Of a DNA stretch of 64,000 nt, positions 36,975-46,967 are shown piece after piece (the stretch's first letter is position 1; each line of letters starts with the position of its first letter). The translations under genes were made by a program, and so were the position numbers. The stretch covers positions 122,774 to 186,773 of the forward strand of contig CAZFHY010000004.1 in NCBI GenBank assembly GCA_964519305.1. Reading direction: 5' to 3'. Below the pieces are notes generated by a model, which did no database searches, was not told the DNA's origin, and saw only the letters and a program-made list of their open reading frames with translations. This stretch comes from Candidatus Undinarchaeota archaeon (GTDB lineage Archaea > SpSt-1190 > JASMDC01).

Positions 36975-38960
36975 ATGCGTAGTCCTCTCGCGACACTCCT
37001 CCTGGTGCTCGCTCTTGCATCGGCCTATGACTGTGCGCCCTTCAACGTAGAGGTCAATAGCACCAGTGCTGTTACCCTTCGCGTGGCGATAGTCTGTGCG
37101 GACTGCACTGATCCGGTGAACGTGACGGCCATGCAGTGCGACATCGAGGACGACCCGGACTGTGACGAGATGGTGAACGTCACCGGTGACCTGCCATGGC
37201 AGCTCTGGTCCCCCGGGGATGGTGACGTGACGCTGCGCATCACGACCAACAAGAACAATCAGGCCGGAGAGTACCGTATCGCCGTAGCAACGGATAACGA
37301 AGATGCGATCTGCTGTATCGTCGACTTCGACAACAAGGACGGCGAGCTGGAGGAGACGGGGTGCGTCGATCGGCCGTGGGGCTCGTGCTGCTACGACTCC
37401 GACTGGCCTTTGTGCAACAGCGGTCAGGCAGTGAATGGGCTGCACTGTCCAGGCGAACCTTGTGAGAACAACGACACATGCATCACCGGTCTGTGCGCGG
37501 GTGTGCATAGTGACGTATCCAATATCCAGCGCTGCTGCGTCTCAGAGACGACCGACGAGGTCTGGCAGGTGACAGCAGGCAAGTGCTGGACGGACTACGA
37601 CTGGTACTGCACGACCGACGGTCAGCAGAGCTACCAGCAGAAGAACGAGTGCCCCATGCAAAAGATGCTGTGCGAGGAGGGCGAATACCGCGAGGTCAAC
37701 TACATCTGCGAGCCCACCGAGGGATGCATCAGGGACGAGGATAACGTCGTTGAAATGGAGCCCGACTCATCTATCGAAGCATGTGATTGTATGGACTATC
37801 GCTGGGTGCTCGACCGGTGCTGCCACAGTACGGCCTCATTCATCCACCAGGACCTCCTCTGTGCCAGAGGGCGTACATACTCCTGCAACGTGACCTGGGG
37901 ACGGGTCGATGCGTGCACGACCAGCGTGTACGACGGATCTACCAGCTGGTGGTGCGACCGGTACGGGAGCCTGACCTGGAACGAGAAGAAGACACTAGGG
38001 TGCGAGTGCGAGCAGCCCACCGAGTGCGCGAGTGGTATCTGCTCGGACACAAGACCTCTTCCACCGGATCCACCGATCCAGGACTATTGCTGCGCTGAGG
38101 CCTGTCCGTCCCCCAAGGAGGTCATCAGGGCTGAGGGCTTCACCTGCCGCAAGCAGTCCTGTACGTTCATGTGCAAGAAGTTCAGGGGCCTGTGCGGAGA
38201 GGCTCCGCTCCAGTGCGGGGACCTCGGTGAGGTGGGGGACGACTGTGCGTATGCCATTAATTACTTGGGGGTCACCGTACCCGATACATCATGCAACCGC
38301 ACTGAGACCTGCGCCCGGGCCCAGAGCGAGGCGGTGGCCTGCGGTAAGGTCTGCATCAAGAAGTGCGTATGCGGGGAGACCGGCTGGATGTGCGATGCGG
38401 ATAAGTCCAAGCCCACATCGCTGAAGAGCACCGAGGCCGCTGTGTGTAGCAGGAACGGGTGGAGGGTCATATCGGTGCTCCAGAACCGCTTCGTCAACCT
38501 GCCCTACAATACGACGCCGGTCCGGCTGGGCGAGCGTATCTATTATCCCTTCCAGGTGCGCAATCCGTCACACGCTATGAGGTTCGTGTCCATTCAGGTG
38601 TACAGTCCCTCGGGAGGGGTCCAGTTCGAGGGCAAGGACTTCACGGCGATAGGGGACCAGTACTCGTCCGACATGGCACTTGTACCAGGGGGCCTGCGGA
38701 ACATGGCCATCTTCATCACCCCGCTCAAGCTCGGTTTCACGAACGTAACAATCCGTGTATGCGATGCTGTGGAAAAGAAGTTCGGGTGCGGTCCCGGGCA
38801 GGACTCACTGGACACCAAGAACCTCGTGCTCTGGAGCTTCTCAAACGTCAAGACCATGGTGTTCTCGGGCAGGAGCGCGCCAGGGCTCACACCGGTAACG
38901 GTGATGATGCTCGCTGTCCTCGCTGCAGGTCACGTTGGGTGGCGCCGCCGAGATCTGTAA
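36975..38960 (+). CDS. Cysteine-rich secreted surface protein with PGF-CTERM-like tail
   Basis: Signal peptide, about 54 Cys by my count, NxT/S sequons and C-terminal APGL-TM-WRRR. Confidence 0.8.
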   Translation: MRSPLATLLLVLALASAYDCAPFNVEVNSTSAVTLRVAIVCADCTDPVNVTAMQCDIEDDPDCDEMVNVTGDLPWQLWSPGDGDVTLRITTNKNNQAGEYRIAVATDNEDAICCIVDFDNKDGELEETGCVDRPWGSCCYDSDWPLCNSGQAVNGLHCPGEPCENNDTCITGLCAGVHSDVSNIQRCCVSETTDEVWQVTAGKCWTDYDWYCTTDGQQSYQQKNECPMQKMLCEEGEYREVNYICEPTEGCIRDEDNVVEMEPDSSIEACDCMDYRWVLDRCCHSTASFIHQDLLCARGRTYSCNVTWGRVDACTTSVYDGSTSWWCDRYGSLTWNEKKTLGCECEQPTECASGICSDTRPLPPDPPIQDYCCAEACPSPKEVIRAEGFTCRKQSCTFMCKKFRGLCGEAPLQCGDLGEVGDDCAYAINYLGVTVPDTSCNRTETCARAQSEAVACGKVCIKKCVCGETGWMCDADKSKPTSLKSTEAAVCSRNGWRVISVLQNRFVNLPYNTTPVRLGERIYYPFQVRNPSHAMRFVSIQVYSPSGGVQFEGKDFTAIGDQYSSDMALVPGGLRNMAIFITPLKLGFTNVTIRVCDAVEKKFGCGPGQDSLDTKNLVLWSFSNVKTMVFSGRSAPGLTPVTVMMLAVLAAGHVGWRRRDL

Positions 38961-38975
38961 TGGATACCGCTCGGA

Positions 38976-39707
38976 TCAATTACCCGACATCTTGGTGATA
39001 TGAGCTACCACATCGTCGAGTCGCCGCTCAAGCTTGGAGCGCTCCTTCTCCAGCCTGTCATACTCAGCAGGGAGGGCACGCTCACCGGAGACAATATGGT
39101 TCCGGACCGATTCAAGGACATCGGTCAGTTCCGCGAAGCGTCCGGCCAGGTCGTCCTTATGGTTCTCGAGTATCTCCATCCTGCTATCGAGCCTGCGGAC
39201 GAGCTTTAGCTCCCGTTCGACACGGTCGAGCTCTTCCTTTACGGTCTTGCTCTCCCTGTTTATCGAACGCTCCATTGTCCTGATAAGGGCCGCCAGCTGT
39301 TTGAGGTGCTCCTTGTTGTCCTGGCCGAGCTGGGCGTTCTTGGCCGTGGCGTTCTCGAGCGTGACGGTGTCCACACCCTCGAGCAGGTCCTTGAGATCCT
39401 CAAGACGTACAACGATGGCCGCCGTATCCTCGGAGAGAGCGTCCGCCCGACGGTTCACACGGGAGAGCGCGTCGGTGTTCTCGTTGACATGCACCTCGAT
39501 GAGCTTAAGGTCCTTCATGGTAGTCTTCTGGAATCCCTCTAGCCCCTTGGTCGCAGATGCCACCACGGTGGACCGCATTTTGTCCAAAGATGATTCGAGC
39601 GTAGCGATGCGCTCGTGCGCCCTCTTGAGGTCGTCCTTGAGGGCCGCGATCTCCACGAGCACGTCATGCTCAAGGTTCTCCCGCGGCTCGTCCTCGCCCT
39701 CCGCCAT
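38976..39707 (-). CDS. Long coiled-coil protein
   Basis: Heptad-rich, E/K/L/R-rich sequence over the full length. Confidence 0.7.
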   Translation of the reverse strand: MAEGEDEPRENLEHDVLVEIAALKDDLKRAHERIATLESSLDKMRSTVVASATKGLEGFQKTTMKDLKLIEVHVNENTDALSRVNRRADALSEDTAAIVVRLEDLKDLLEGVDTVTLENATAKNAQLGQDNKEHLKQLAALIRTMERSINRESKTVKEELDRVERELKLVRRLDSRMEILENHKDDLAGRFAELTDVLESVRNHIVSGERALPAEYDRLEKERSKLERRLDDVVAHITKMSGN

Positions 39708-39808
39708 GAGAAATCATCCACCATCATCCTATTTATAGGGCATCGCGCTCGGACACGGCGGCCTACCAAGGTTTAAAAAGCAGGCACGCCATCCCCCTGA
39801 CGGTCCGT

Positions 39809-40090
39809 ATGGGAGAGAATTGTTCCGTCTGCGGCGGCCCCGCCGTCTCCAAGACCTTCCTCGAAGATGGAGAGGTGTTCTACCGGTGCGACCGGCACCT
39901 CCACATCGACGCGGAGCGGTACAAGCGTGGTGAGGTGGAGGTCGTCTCTCGCCAGAACTGGCGTGATGCTCTAATCTCAGATTTCGCTCCGTTCTTCCTA
40001 CGTGACGACAACACTGAGCGTGATGTCGAACGCCTGCTCCGGGATTTCGCCGCACGCCTTGAAGCACAGCTTGCGAGGGATCGCCGATGA
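39809..40090 (+). CDS. Small zinc-finger protein
   Basis: CSVC...CDRH; TTTAAAA box upstream; ATGA overlap with asd. Confidence 0.65.
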   Translation: MGENCSVCGGPAVSKTFLEDGEVFYRCDRHLHIDAERYKRGEVEVVSRQNWRDALISDFAPFFLRDDNTERDVERLLRDFAARLEAQLARDRR

Positions 40091-41145
40091 GACGCATCGG
40101 CGTGGGTGTTCTCGGTGCTACCGGGATGGTAGGCCAGCGTTTCCTCTCGCTGCTGGACGGCCACCCCTGGTTCGATGTTAAGTTCCTGGGCGCTTCGGAG
40201 CGGTCAGCCGGGAAGCAATACATCGATGCTGCCCACTGGGTGCTCGATGCTCCTATGCCCGAGTGGGCGGGCGATATAACTGTCGGAGCGTGCAATCCCG
40301 CGGCCTCTGGTGCGGACGAATGCGATGTACTGTTCTCCGCGCTCCCTTCGTCGGTCGCTGGACCGGTGGAAGAGGCATTCGCGCGCGCGGGTCGCGTCGT
40401 TGCCACGAACGCCGCCAGTCACCGCATGGACCCCTATGTCCCAATCCTCATCCCTGAGGTAAACGCTGATCATCTGGACGTCGTGGACGTCCAGCGCGAA
40501 CGCCGTGGATGGGAGGGCGCTATCGTCACCAATGCGAACTGCACCACCACGGGTCTTGCCCTGGGTCTGTGCCCATTGATGGACCTCGGCCTCTCACGCG
40601 TGGCCGTGACCACCCTCCAGGCGCTCTCCGGTGCGGGGTATCCCGGGGTCCCCTCCATGGCGATCATCGACAACGTCATCCCGTTCATCGGTGGTGAGGA
40701 GGAGAAGGTGGCCGCCGAGGTCAGGAAGATCCTAGGAAAATGGTCGGCCGAGGATGGGTTCACGGACGCTCCTGTGGACGTGAGCGCCACGTGTACAAGG
40801 GTGAACGTCTCCGATGGCCACCTCGAGTCGGTCTTCGCTTCCCTTGATGGTGGACCCGAGGATGTGAAGAACGCCGTCCGCGACTTCAAGGACCCCATGA
40901 CCGACCTCGATCTCCCCACATCACCTCCGCAAGCACTGATGCTCCTGGAAGAGGATGACCGGCCACAACCACGCAGGGACCGTAATCGAGGGAAAGGTAT
41001 GACCGTCAGCATCGGTCGCGTACGCCCCGACGTCGTGCTGGGTGTGCGGTTCATGCTCCTTGTCCACAACACTATCAGGGGCGCTGCCGGCGCGTCCATC
41101 ATAAATGCCGAGCTCATGGTGCGCAGGGGCATCGTGCCTGGTTGA
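40087..41145 (+). CDS. asd: Aspartate-semialdehyde dehydrogenase (archaeal type)
   Basis: GATGMVGQRF, NANCTT, QALSGAGYPG, DNVIPFI.GEEEK and HNTIRGAAG. Confidence 0.95.
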   Translation: MRRIGVGVLGATGMVGQRFLSLLDGHPWFDVKFLGASERSAGKQYIDAAHWVLDAPMPEWAGDITVGACNPAASGADECDVLFSALPSSVAGPVEEAFARAGRVVATNAASHRMDPYVPILIPEVNADHLDVVDVQRERRGWEGAIVTNANCTTTGLALGLCPLMDLGLSRVAVTTLQALSGAGYPGVPSMAIIDNVIPFIGGEEEKVAAEVRKILGKWSAEDGFTDAPVDVSATCTRVNVSDGHLESVFASLDGGPEDVKNAVRDFKDPMTDLDLPTSPPQALMLLEEDDRPQPRRDRNRGKGMTVSIGRVRPDVVLGVRFMLLVHNTIRGAAGASIINAELMVRRGIVPG

Positions 41146-41152
41146 GGGAGCC

Positions 41153-42016
41153 GTGGTGACGCGGTACTCTCTGGGTCTCGGGTGGCGCTGCAACAACCAA
41201 TGCACGTTCTGCTGCGCCGGTACGAACGTGTACGATGAGCTCCCCCCTGATCAGGTCCGCTGCCTGCTCAAGATAGCGGCAGACGATGGAGCGGACGAGC
41301 TCGTGCTGACCGGGGGAGAGCCCACCTGTCGCGACGACCTCTTCGATATAGTGCGCGAGGCACGAAAGCTCGGGTATACGACCGTGCAGCTCCAGACCAA
41401 CGGTCGCATGCTCTATTACCCCGACTATACAGCCCAGCTCATAGACGCTGGCATCACCGAGTTCATCGTCACCGTTTCTGGCCACACGGCACAGCTCCAT
41501 GAGGGACAGACGAAGGTCCGCGGCTCACATCACCAGACCATGGCCGCGATCCGGAACATCAGACGGTTGGGTGGGTTCGTCGCTGCCAATGTCGTCGCTA
41601 CGAAGGCAGTGGCCCCCCATCTCCCTGCTATCGCCCGGGATCTGGTGAAGCGGGACGTTTCGCAAGTGCAAGTGGCATTCCCGGAACCGGCGGGCAGGGC
41701 GTACCTCGCCATGGACGAGGTCGTGCCCCGGCTCCGCGATATCCGGGCCCCACTTCGCGAGGCCCTGGCCGTGGTGCTGGAGGCGGAGCGGTTCGCCACG
41801 ATCGAGGGTTTCCCCCTCTGTACATCGCCTATCCACCTCCGCAATACCGTTGAGTGGATGGAGGGTGAGGGCGGTGCGGTCCCTGTCTGGGAACGTCGGG
41901 TCCACGGCGCGGCCTGTGATCAGTGCACTATTGCAGAGCGCTGCCCCGGCATGTGGTCTACGTACATGGACCGCTGGGGCGATGATGAGCTCGAACCGGT
42001 GACCTCTGTCATTTGA
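41153..42016 (+). CDS. Radical SAM protein (CNNxCxFC type, C-terminal CxxCx5C)
   Basis: CNNQCTFC, GGEPT, QLQTNGRM, FPLC and CDQCTIAERCPG. Confidence 0.9.
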   Translation: MVTRYSLGLGWRCNNQCTFCCAGTNVYDELPPDQVRCLLKIAADDGADELVLTGGEPTCRDDLFDIVREARKLGYTTVQLQTNGRMLYYPDYTAQLIDAGITEFIVTVSGHTAQLHEGQTKVRGSHHQTMAAIRNIRRLGGFVAANVVATKAVAPHLPAIARDLVKRDVSQVQVAFPEPAGRAYLAMDEVVPRLRDIRAPLREALAVVLEAERFATIEGFPLCTSPIHLRNTVEWMEGEGGAVPVWERRVHGAACDQCTIAERCPGMWSTYMDRWGDDELEPVTSVI

Positions 42017-42947
42017 GGTGGGCCTGAGCGAGGTCGGCCGTCGAATCCACAGGGCTCCCGGGGACAGGTACGAACTCGTCCCATCCGAACCGATCAGGAT
42101 ACTCGCGCCACACACCCTCACAGACACTTACGAACCGGCACTGTGAGCACCGAGGTCCCTTGGCCTTTCCCTCTGCAACGCGGGTCGTGTCGAAATCCGT
42201 GTCGAGCCCCTCAGGGCTGTCAACCTCAGTGGGGGGCAGGTAGAGCTCCGAGGCCAGGGATTCCCTTCCATGCAAGAGACATAGGGGCACGGCCTCCACA
42301 TGCGCGTCCAGCCCACGGGACCCGGCGAGGTCCAGGGCGGCGGTGATAGGTGGTACTGCGTCCTTCATCCGGGGGACCACCTGATCGAACTCATCCCGGG
42401 CGTTGCCCTCGGCATGTACGAAAGCGGCCTGGTAGCCACGCGCGCCACTGTCAGCGGCGATCCGTGCGATGTCCACGAGCTCCCCGAGATTGGACCGTAC
42501 GACCACGGTCTTGATGACAACCTGCACCCCTGCTGCGACGAGGTTGTCAATGCCTCCCCGGGTCTGGTCGAAGGCACCCGGTGCTCGCACCAGCCCATCG
42601 TGCGTGGACGGCGTTGCGCCATGAAGCGCGACCACCGCTTCAGTGAGCCCGGCCTGGGCCAGGTCGACCGCCAGACCCCGATAGCTCGCCATCCGCCCGT
42701 TGGTCTGGAGCTGGATACGACCGTAACCAAGTCTGTGGGCTGCTGACACCAGCTCCACGAGGTCCGATCGTACCGACGGTTCCCCGCCCGTGATGACAAC
42801 CTCGGTGGCCTCGGGTCGTGCGCGCTCCAGCGCAGCGACTAGCATATCGGTACCCCGGTCGGGATTGGCGCGCCGGCGGGCAACGACACAGAAGCGGCAG
42901 TTATTATTGCAGGAATAGCCCACCTTGAGGTCCAGGCGTCGGACCAT
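42009..42947 (-). CDS. Radical SAM protein, paralog of 41153..42016
   Basis: CNNNCRFC, GGEPS, QLQTNGRM, VPLC and CSQCRFVSVCEG. Confidence 0.9.
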   Translation of the reverse strand: MVRRLDLKVGYSCNNNCRFCVVARRRANPDRGTDMLVAALERARPEATEVVITGGEPSVRSDLVELVSAAHRLGYGRIQLQTNGRMASYRGLAVDLAQAGLTEAVVALHGATPSTHDGLVRAPGAFDQTRGGIDNLVAAGVQVVIKTVVVRSNLGELVDIARIAADSGARGYQAAFVHAEGNARDEFDQVVPRMKDAVPPITAALDLAGSRGLDAHVEAVPLCLLHGRESLASELYLPPTEVDSPEGLDTDFDTTRVAEGKAKGPRCSQCRFVSVCEGVWREYPDRFGWDEFVPVPGSPVDSTADLAQAHLK

Positions 42948-42998
42948 GATGGCGTTGTGAGGCGCAAAGGATTTATCTTCTCCCACGGAAGGGTCGGT

Positions 42999-43979
42999 GT
43001 GAGGCTCTGGAACAAGCTCGCGGCCGCCCGGGCGGTAGCGCTTGCGCACCTGACAGGGCGACGTACACCGCTGTCCGTGTCCTTCCACGTTACGAACAGG
43101 TGTAATTACGCCTGCTCCTACTGCGACGTTCCGGGAACACCGACCGACGAGATGACCCTCGATGAGGTGTACGACATCATCGACGGGCTCGCCAGGCTGG
43201 GATGTCAGCGCATCGGCCTCACAGGCGGCGAGCCACTGGTCCGCGACGATATCGGGGACATCGTCAGACGATGCCAGGACAACGGTATATTCACGGGACT
43301 TGTGTCCAACGGCGCGCTGGTGACACGCAGGCTCAAGGACATCACCTCGCTCGACCTGCTCCAGCTCTCACTCGACGGACCTGCGAAAGTGCACGACGCC
43401 GTCAGGGAGCCTGGAGCACACGACAGGGCTGTAGAGGCCATCGCCGCAGCAAGAGCCGAGGACATGACCGTCTGGCTCACCACCGTGCTCACAAACGATA
43501 GTGTCGAGCACGTTGACCATGTGCTCGACATCGCTCGTCACTACGACCTTCAGGTGTACTTCCAGCCTGTCGTGGACTATGATATTTGCGGACCGGGTGC
43601 GAAGAAGCTCCTACCCGACGCAGAGCGCTTGCGCGAGGTCCTAACATACCTCATGATGGTAAAGCGCTCAGAGGGGCTGATCGGTAACTCGATCGAGGGT
43701 CTTGAGCACCTTATGCACTGGCCCGAGCACCCCCGGGACGTGCATTGCTGGGCAGGGTCCCTCTACGCACATATCTACACCGACGGTCGGTTGTACCCCT
43801 GCTTCAACATGGTCGGAGGCCCTGCACCCGACGCTCGGGCAGCAGGTATCGAGAGAGCGTTCTCTGAGCTTGAACCGCCATCGTGCGCGGGGTGCTGGAC
43901 CTACGCCAATCTAGAGCTCAACCTTCTATTCTCGCTGGACCCGGGCGTGGTGATGAACACACTCAGGCTCCTTAGATGA
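42999..43979 (+). CDS. Radical SAM protein with twitch/SPASM-like domain
   Basis: CNYACSYC, GGEPL, LSLDG, CWAG...DGRLYPC and CAGC. Confidence 0.9.
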   Translation: MRLWNKLAAARAVALAHLTGRRTPLSVSFHVTNRCNYACSYCDVPGTPTDEMTLDEVYDIIDGLARLGCQRIGLTGGEPLVRDDIGDIVRRCQDNGIFTGLVSNGALVTRRLKDITSLDLLQLSLDGPAKVHDAVREPGAHDRAVEAIAAARAEDMTVWLTTVLTNDSVEHVDHVLDIARHYDLQVYFQPVVDYDICGPGAKKLLPDAERLREVLTYLMMVKRSEGLIGNSIEGLEHLMHWPEHPRDVHCWAGSLYAHIYTDGRLYPCFNMVGGPAPDARAAGIERAFSELEPPSCAGCWTYANLELNLLFSLDPGVVMNTLRLLR

Positions 43980-44649
43980 CGGATTCCACGTGAGCACAGA
44001 GGTCCGCCAATGGACACTCGCTGCACCGTGGTGACCGGGGCCGGCACACGTCCTTACCAAGGGCCACGAAGAGGGCGTGGTACTCGTTGTAGAGGTGGAC
44101 GTCCTCGGGCATATGGGTGATGAACAAGTATTGGAGCTCATCATACTTCACATCCGCCGTGCAGAGACCCAACCGCGAGCAGATCCGGCGTGTGTAGGCA
44201 TCGATGACGAACGACGGCATCCCTGCTGCGTACAAGAGGATGGAATCGGCTGTCTCGGGGCCCACACCCGTGACGTCGAGCAGGTCCTCACGCAGTCGGG
44301 AGAGAGGGCGGGAGAAGAGGATGTCCAGCCCACCTGCATTATCGATGAACGCCACCAGACCTTTGAGGCGCCGGGCCTTCTGGTTGAAGTATCCGGCAGG
44401 CCGTATCAGGGCCGCCAGCTTGGTCTCGGGAAGCTCGCGAATACCATCGGGGGAGAGAGCACCGGCCTGCGACAAGGCAGCGATGGCCCGTTCCACGTTC
44501 GTCCAGGCGGTATTCTGTGTGAGCAGCGCTCCGACGACTATCTCGAAGGGTGTGTCCCCCGGCCACCAGTGCTGAGGGCCGAACCGCGCGAACAGTCGCT
44601 CGTAGACCTCTGACACCAGGTGCGTTGGGTCCGTGTCGGGTCCCGTCAC
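43972..44649 (-). CDS. Endonuclease III-related HhH-GPD glycosylase
   Basis: WWP..TPFE, LTQNT.W, GVGPETAD and C-terminal Cx6CxxCx5C. Confidence 0.9.
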   Translation of the reverse strand: MTGPDTDPTHLVSEVYERLFARFGPQHWWPGDTPFEIVVGALLTQNTAWTNVERAIAALSQAGALSPDGIRELPETKLAALIRPAGYFNQKARRLKGLVAFIDNAGGLDILFSRPLSRLREDLLDVTGVGPETADSILLYAAGMPSFVIDAYTRRICSRLGLCTADVKYDELQYLFITHMPEDVHLYNEYHALFVALGKDVCRPRSPRCSECPLADLCAHVESVI

Positions 44650-44670
44650 GGCCCCCGCGGCACCGAGAAA

Positions 44671-44680
44671 CTTTATCAAG
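44671..44680. promoter_or_regulatory. Bidirectional TATA-like element between the endonuclease III gene and U32
   Basis: CTTTATCAAG lies exactly 21 nt from both divergent GTG starts (44649 and 44702). Confidence 0.75.
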
Positions 44681-44701
44681 GTTGGTGTCACCCTTCCCGG
44701 C

Positions 44702-45784
44702 GTGGAGCTGCTCTCCCCGCTAACTCGCGTCCACGAGGTTGATCCGCTCATCGACGCCGGAGCAACCGAGCTCTTCGCCGGTGTGCTCACGCCTGAGTGG
44801 AAAGAGGCGTTCTCCACCCTGGTCGCCAGTAACCGTCGTGACACTTCAGTGGGCAACTTCCCCTCGCTCGAGGAACTCGAGGAGGCCGTGGGCCGGGCCC
44901 ACGAACGGAACGTGCCCGTCAACCTTACTCTTAACCTCTCCTTCTACACAGCGCGCCAGCACGAGCGTGTCGGCAGGCTCATGGACGCCGCTGCAGGACT
45001 GGGTATCGATGGATTCCTCATAGCCGATCTCCCAACCATGCTCCGGGCCCGCGATGAGTACCCGGATATCGCCCTGCACATAAGCACCATCGCTCCCAGC
45101 TTCAACCGCTCGACCCTGCAGTTCTATGCCGAGCTCGGGGCCGAGCGAGCAGTGCTCCCCCGTCACGTTAGTCTTGACGAGGTGACCGGTCTCGTAAAAG
45201 ATACCCCACTCGATCTCGAGGTGTTCGTGCTCAACAATCCATGCCTGAACGTCGATGGGTTCTGCACATTCACTCATGGTGTCCATGAGGCCACAGTATC
45301 CCTTGTGGGCAGTCTTGGGCGCGCTCTTCGTCACAGCCACTGGGCCATAGCCCTGGCACGGCATGCGCCCACCGATCTGCTCAGGCTGGCCCGCAAGCTG
45401 CCTGGCCTCACACCACCACCATGCATGCTTCCCTACGATATCGACGTAGTGGCCGTTGGGGGATTGGCTTTGGACGGGGTGGCCGCGTCCCGGGCACGCG
45501 TCTCGGCCAACCTCAGACCGAAGACCGGTGTCGACTGCGGTGCCTGCTCACTGCGCACCCTTCTGAACGCTGGTGTGAAGGCGATCAAGATCGACGGAAG
45601 GACCAACGACACGCCGCGTAAGATAAAGGACGTGCGCTACCTTGCGGCACTGCTCGAGCTCGCGGGCGACAACAGCATCACCGATACCGAGCTCTACCAG
45701 CGCACTCGTGAGAGGTTCCAGGAGGAGTACAGCGGAGTATGCGCGGACCGCTCCTGCTACTACCGGGAGTTCGTTCCCAGATAA
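44702..45784 (+). CDS. U32 family Fe-S protein (paralog 2)
   Basis: LSPL, GATELFAG, DGFLIAD, HIST, CLNVDGFC, CGAC, KIDGR and CADRSCYY. Confidence 0.9.
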   Translation: MELLSPLTRVHEVDPLIDAGATELFAGVLTPEWKEAFSTLVASNRRDTSVGNFPSLEELEEAVGRAHERNVPVNLTLNLSFYTARQHERVGRLMDAAAGLGIDGFLIADLPTMLRARDEYPDIALHISTIAPSFNRSTLQFYAELGAERAVLPRHVSLDEVTGLVKDTPLDLEVFVLNNPCLNVDGFCTFTHGVHEATVSLVGSLGRALRHSHWAIALARHAPTDLLRLARKLPGLTPPPCMLPYDIDVVAVGGLALDGVAASRARVSANLRPKTGVDCGACSLRTLLNAGVKAIKIDGRTNDTPRKIKDVRYLAALLELAGDNSITDTELYQRTRERFQEEYSGVCADRSCYYREFVPR

Positions 45785-45787
45785 GGG

Positions 45788-46888
45788 ATGGTCATCATGG
45801 ATATCCTCTCGCCCCTCACACGCGCCGAAGAAGTGAACCCGCTGGTGGACGCTGGCGCCACCGAGTTCTATGCAGGCGTGCTAACCCCCGAATGGAGACG
45901 TGCGTACACGACCCTCGTATCAGGCAACCAGCAGCATACCACTTGGGGCAACTTTCTATCTCTGGAGGACCTATCCGACGCTGTCGAGAGGGCCCATGAA
46001 CGAAAGACGACCGTCAACCTTACCGTCAACACCGCCTACTACACGACAGCCCAGCACGAGCTGGTAGGTAAGGTCCTGGACGCCGGTGCCGACATGGGCG
46101 TCGACGGGTTCATCATCGCCGATGTACCCACAATGCTACGCGCCCGCCAGGAACATCCGGACGTCACCGTCCACGTGAGCACCCTCGCCCCCTGTTTCAA
46201 CCGCTCGACGCTTGCGTTCTTCGCGGACCTGGGCGCCTCCCGCATAGTGCTCCCCCAACAACTCACTCCTGACGAGATCGCGACACTAGCCCAAGATGCT
46301 CCACTTGACATCGAGGTATTCGTGCTCAACAACCGATGCCTGAACGTTGACGGATTCTGCACCTTTACCCATGGCGTAGAGGAGGCCACCCGTGCCCATG
46401 ACACAGGTCTCGGCCACGCCCTCCTACACAGCAGGTGGGCGATGACGGCCGCCCGGACCCTCCCAAGAGCCGTGCTCCAGCGAATACGGCGGTTCTCCAT
46501 GTTCCGTCCCCCTCCATGCATGATCGAATATACCACCGAACCGCTCTCCGTGAGAGGGGCGCCGCTCGAGGGACTGGCCGCTGCCCGAGAGCGGATGTCA
46601 TCCCATTTCAAAGGGAAGACTGGGATTGACTGCGGCGCCTGTGTCCTCCGCACACTTATGCGTGCTGGTGTGAGAGCGGTGAAGATCGACGGTAGGACCA
46701 ACGACCTGACGCGCAAGCTCATGGACGTCCGGTTCCTTGCGAACCTGCTAGAGGCAGCCAAAGACGACACTATCACGGACGAGGTACTGTACGCGCGTAC
46801 ACGTAGCGCCTTCCGCGAGCAGTACGCAGGATCCTGCACGGACATATCATGCTACTACCGGGAATTCCTGCCAAAGTCATCCCGATGA
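45788..46888 (+). CDS. U32 family Fe-S protein (paralog 3)
   Basis: Same motif set: CLNVDGFC, CGAC, KIDGR and CTDISCYY. Confidence 0.9.
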   Translation: MVIMDILSPLTRAEEVNPLVDAGATEFYAGVLTPEWRRAYTTLVSGNQQHTTWGNFLSLEDLSDAVERAHERKTTVNLTVNTAYYTTAQHELVGKVLDAGADMGVDGFIIADVPTMLRARQEHPDVTVHVSTLAPCFNRSTLAFFADLGASRIVLPQQLTPDEIATLAQDAPLDIEVFVLNNRCLNVDGFCTFTHGVEEATRAHDTGLGHALLHSRWAMTAARTLPRAVLQRIRRFSMFRPPPCMIEYTTEPLSVRGAPLEGLAAARERMSSHFKGKTGIDCGACVLRTLMRAGVRAVKIDGRTNDLTRKLMDVRFLANLLEAAKDDTITDEVLYARTRSAFREQYAGSCTDISCYYREFLPKSSR

Positions 46889-46967
46889 CGTCCGGCGCGC
46901 GTGCAAGACCACCCGTCATAGGACATATCATCCCGAGTGGATATCCCCAGTAGGGGAGGACTACATC

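Noticed and set aside
41153-43979. One of the radical SAM genes as the NrdG activase
   Set aside because: All are longer than typical NrdG, carry C-terminal Cys domains and lie about 40 kb from nrdD.
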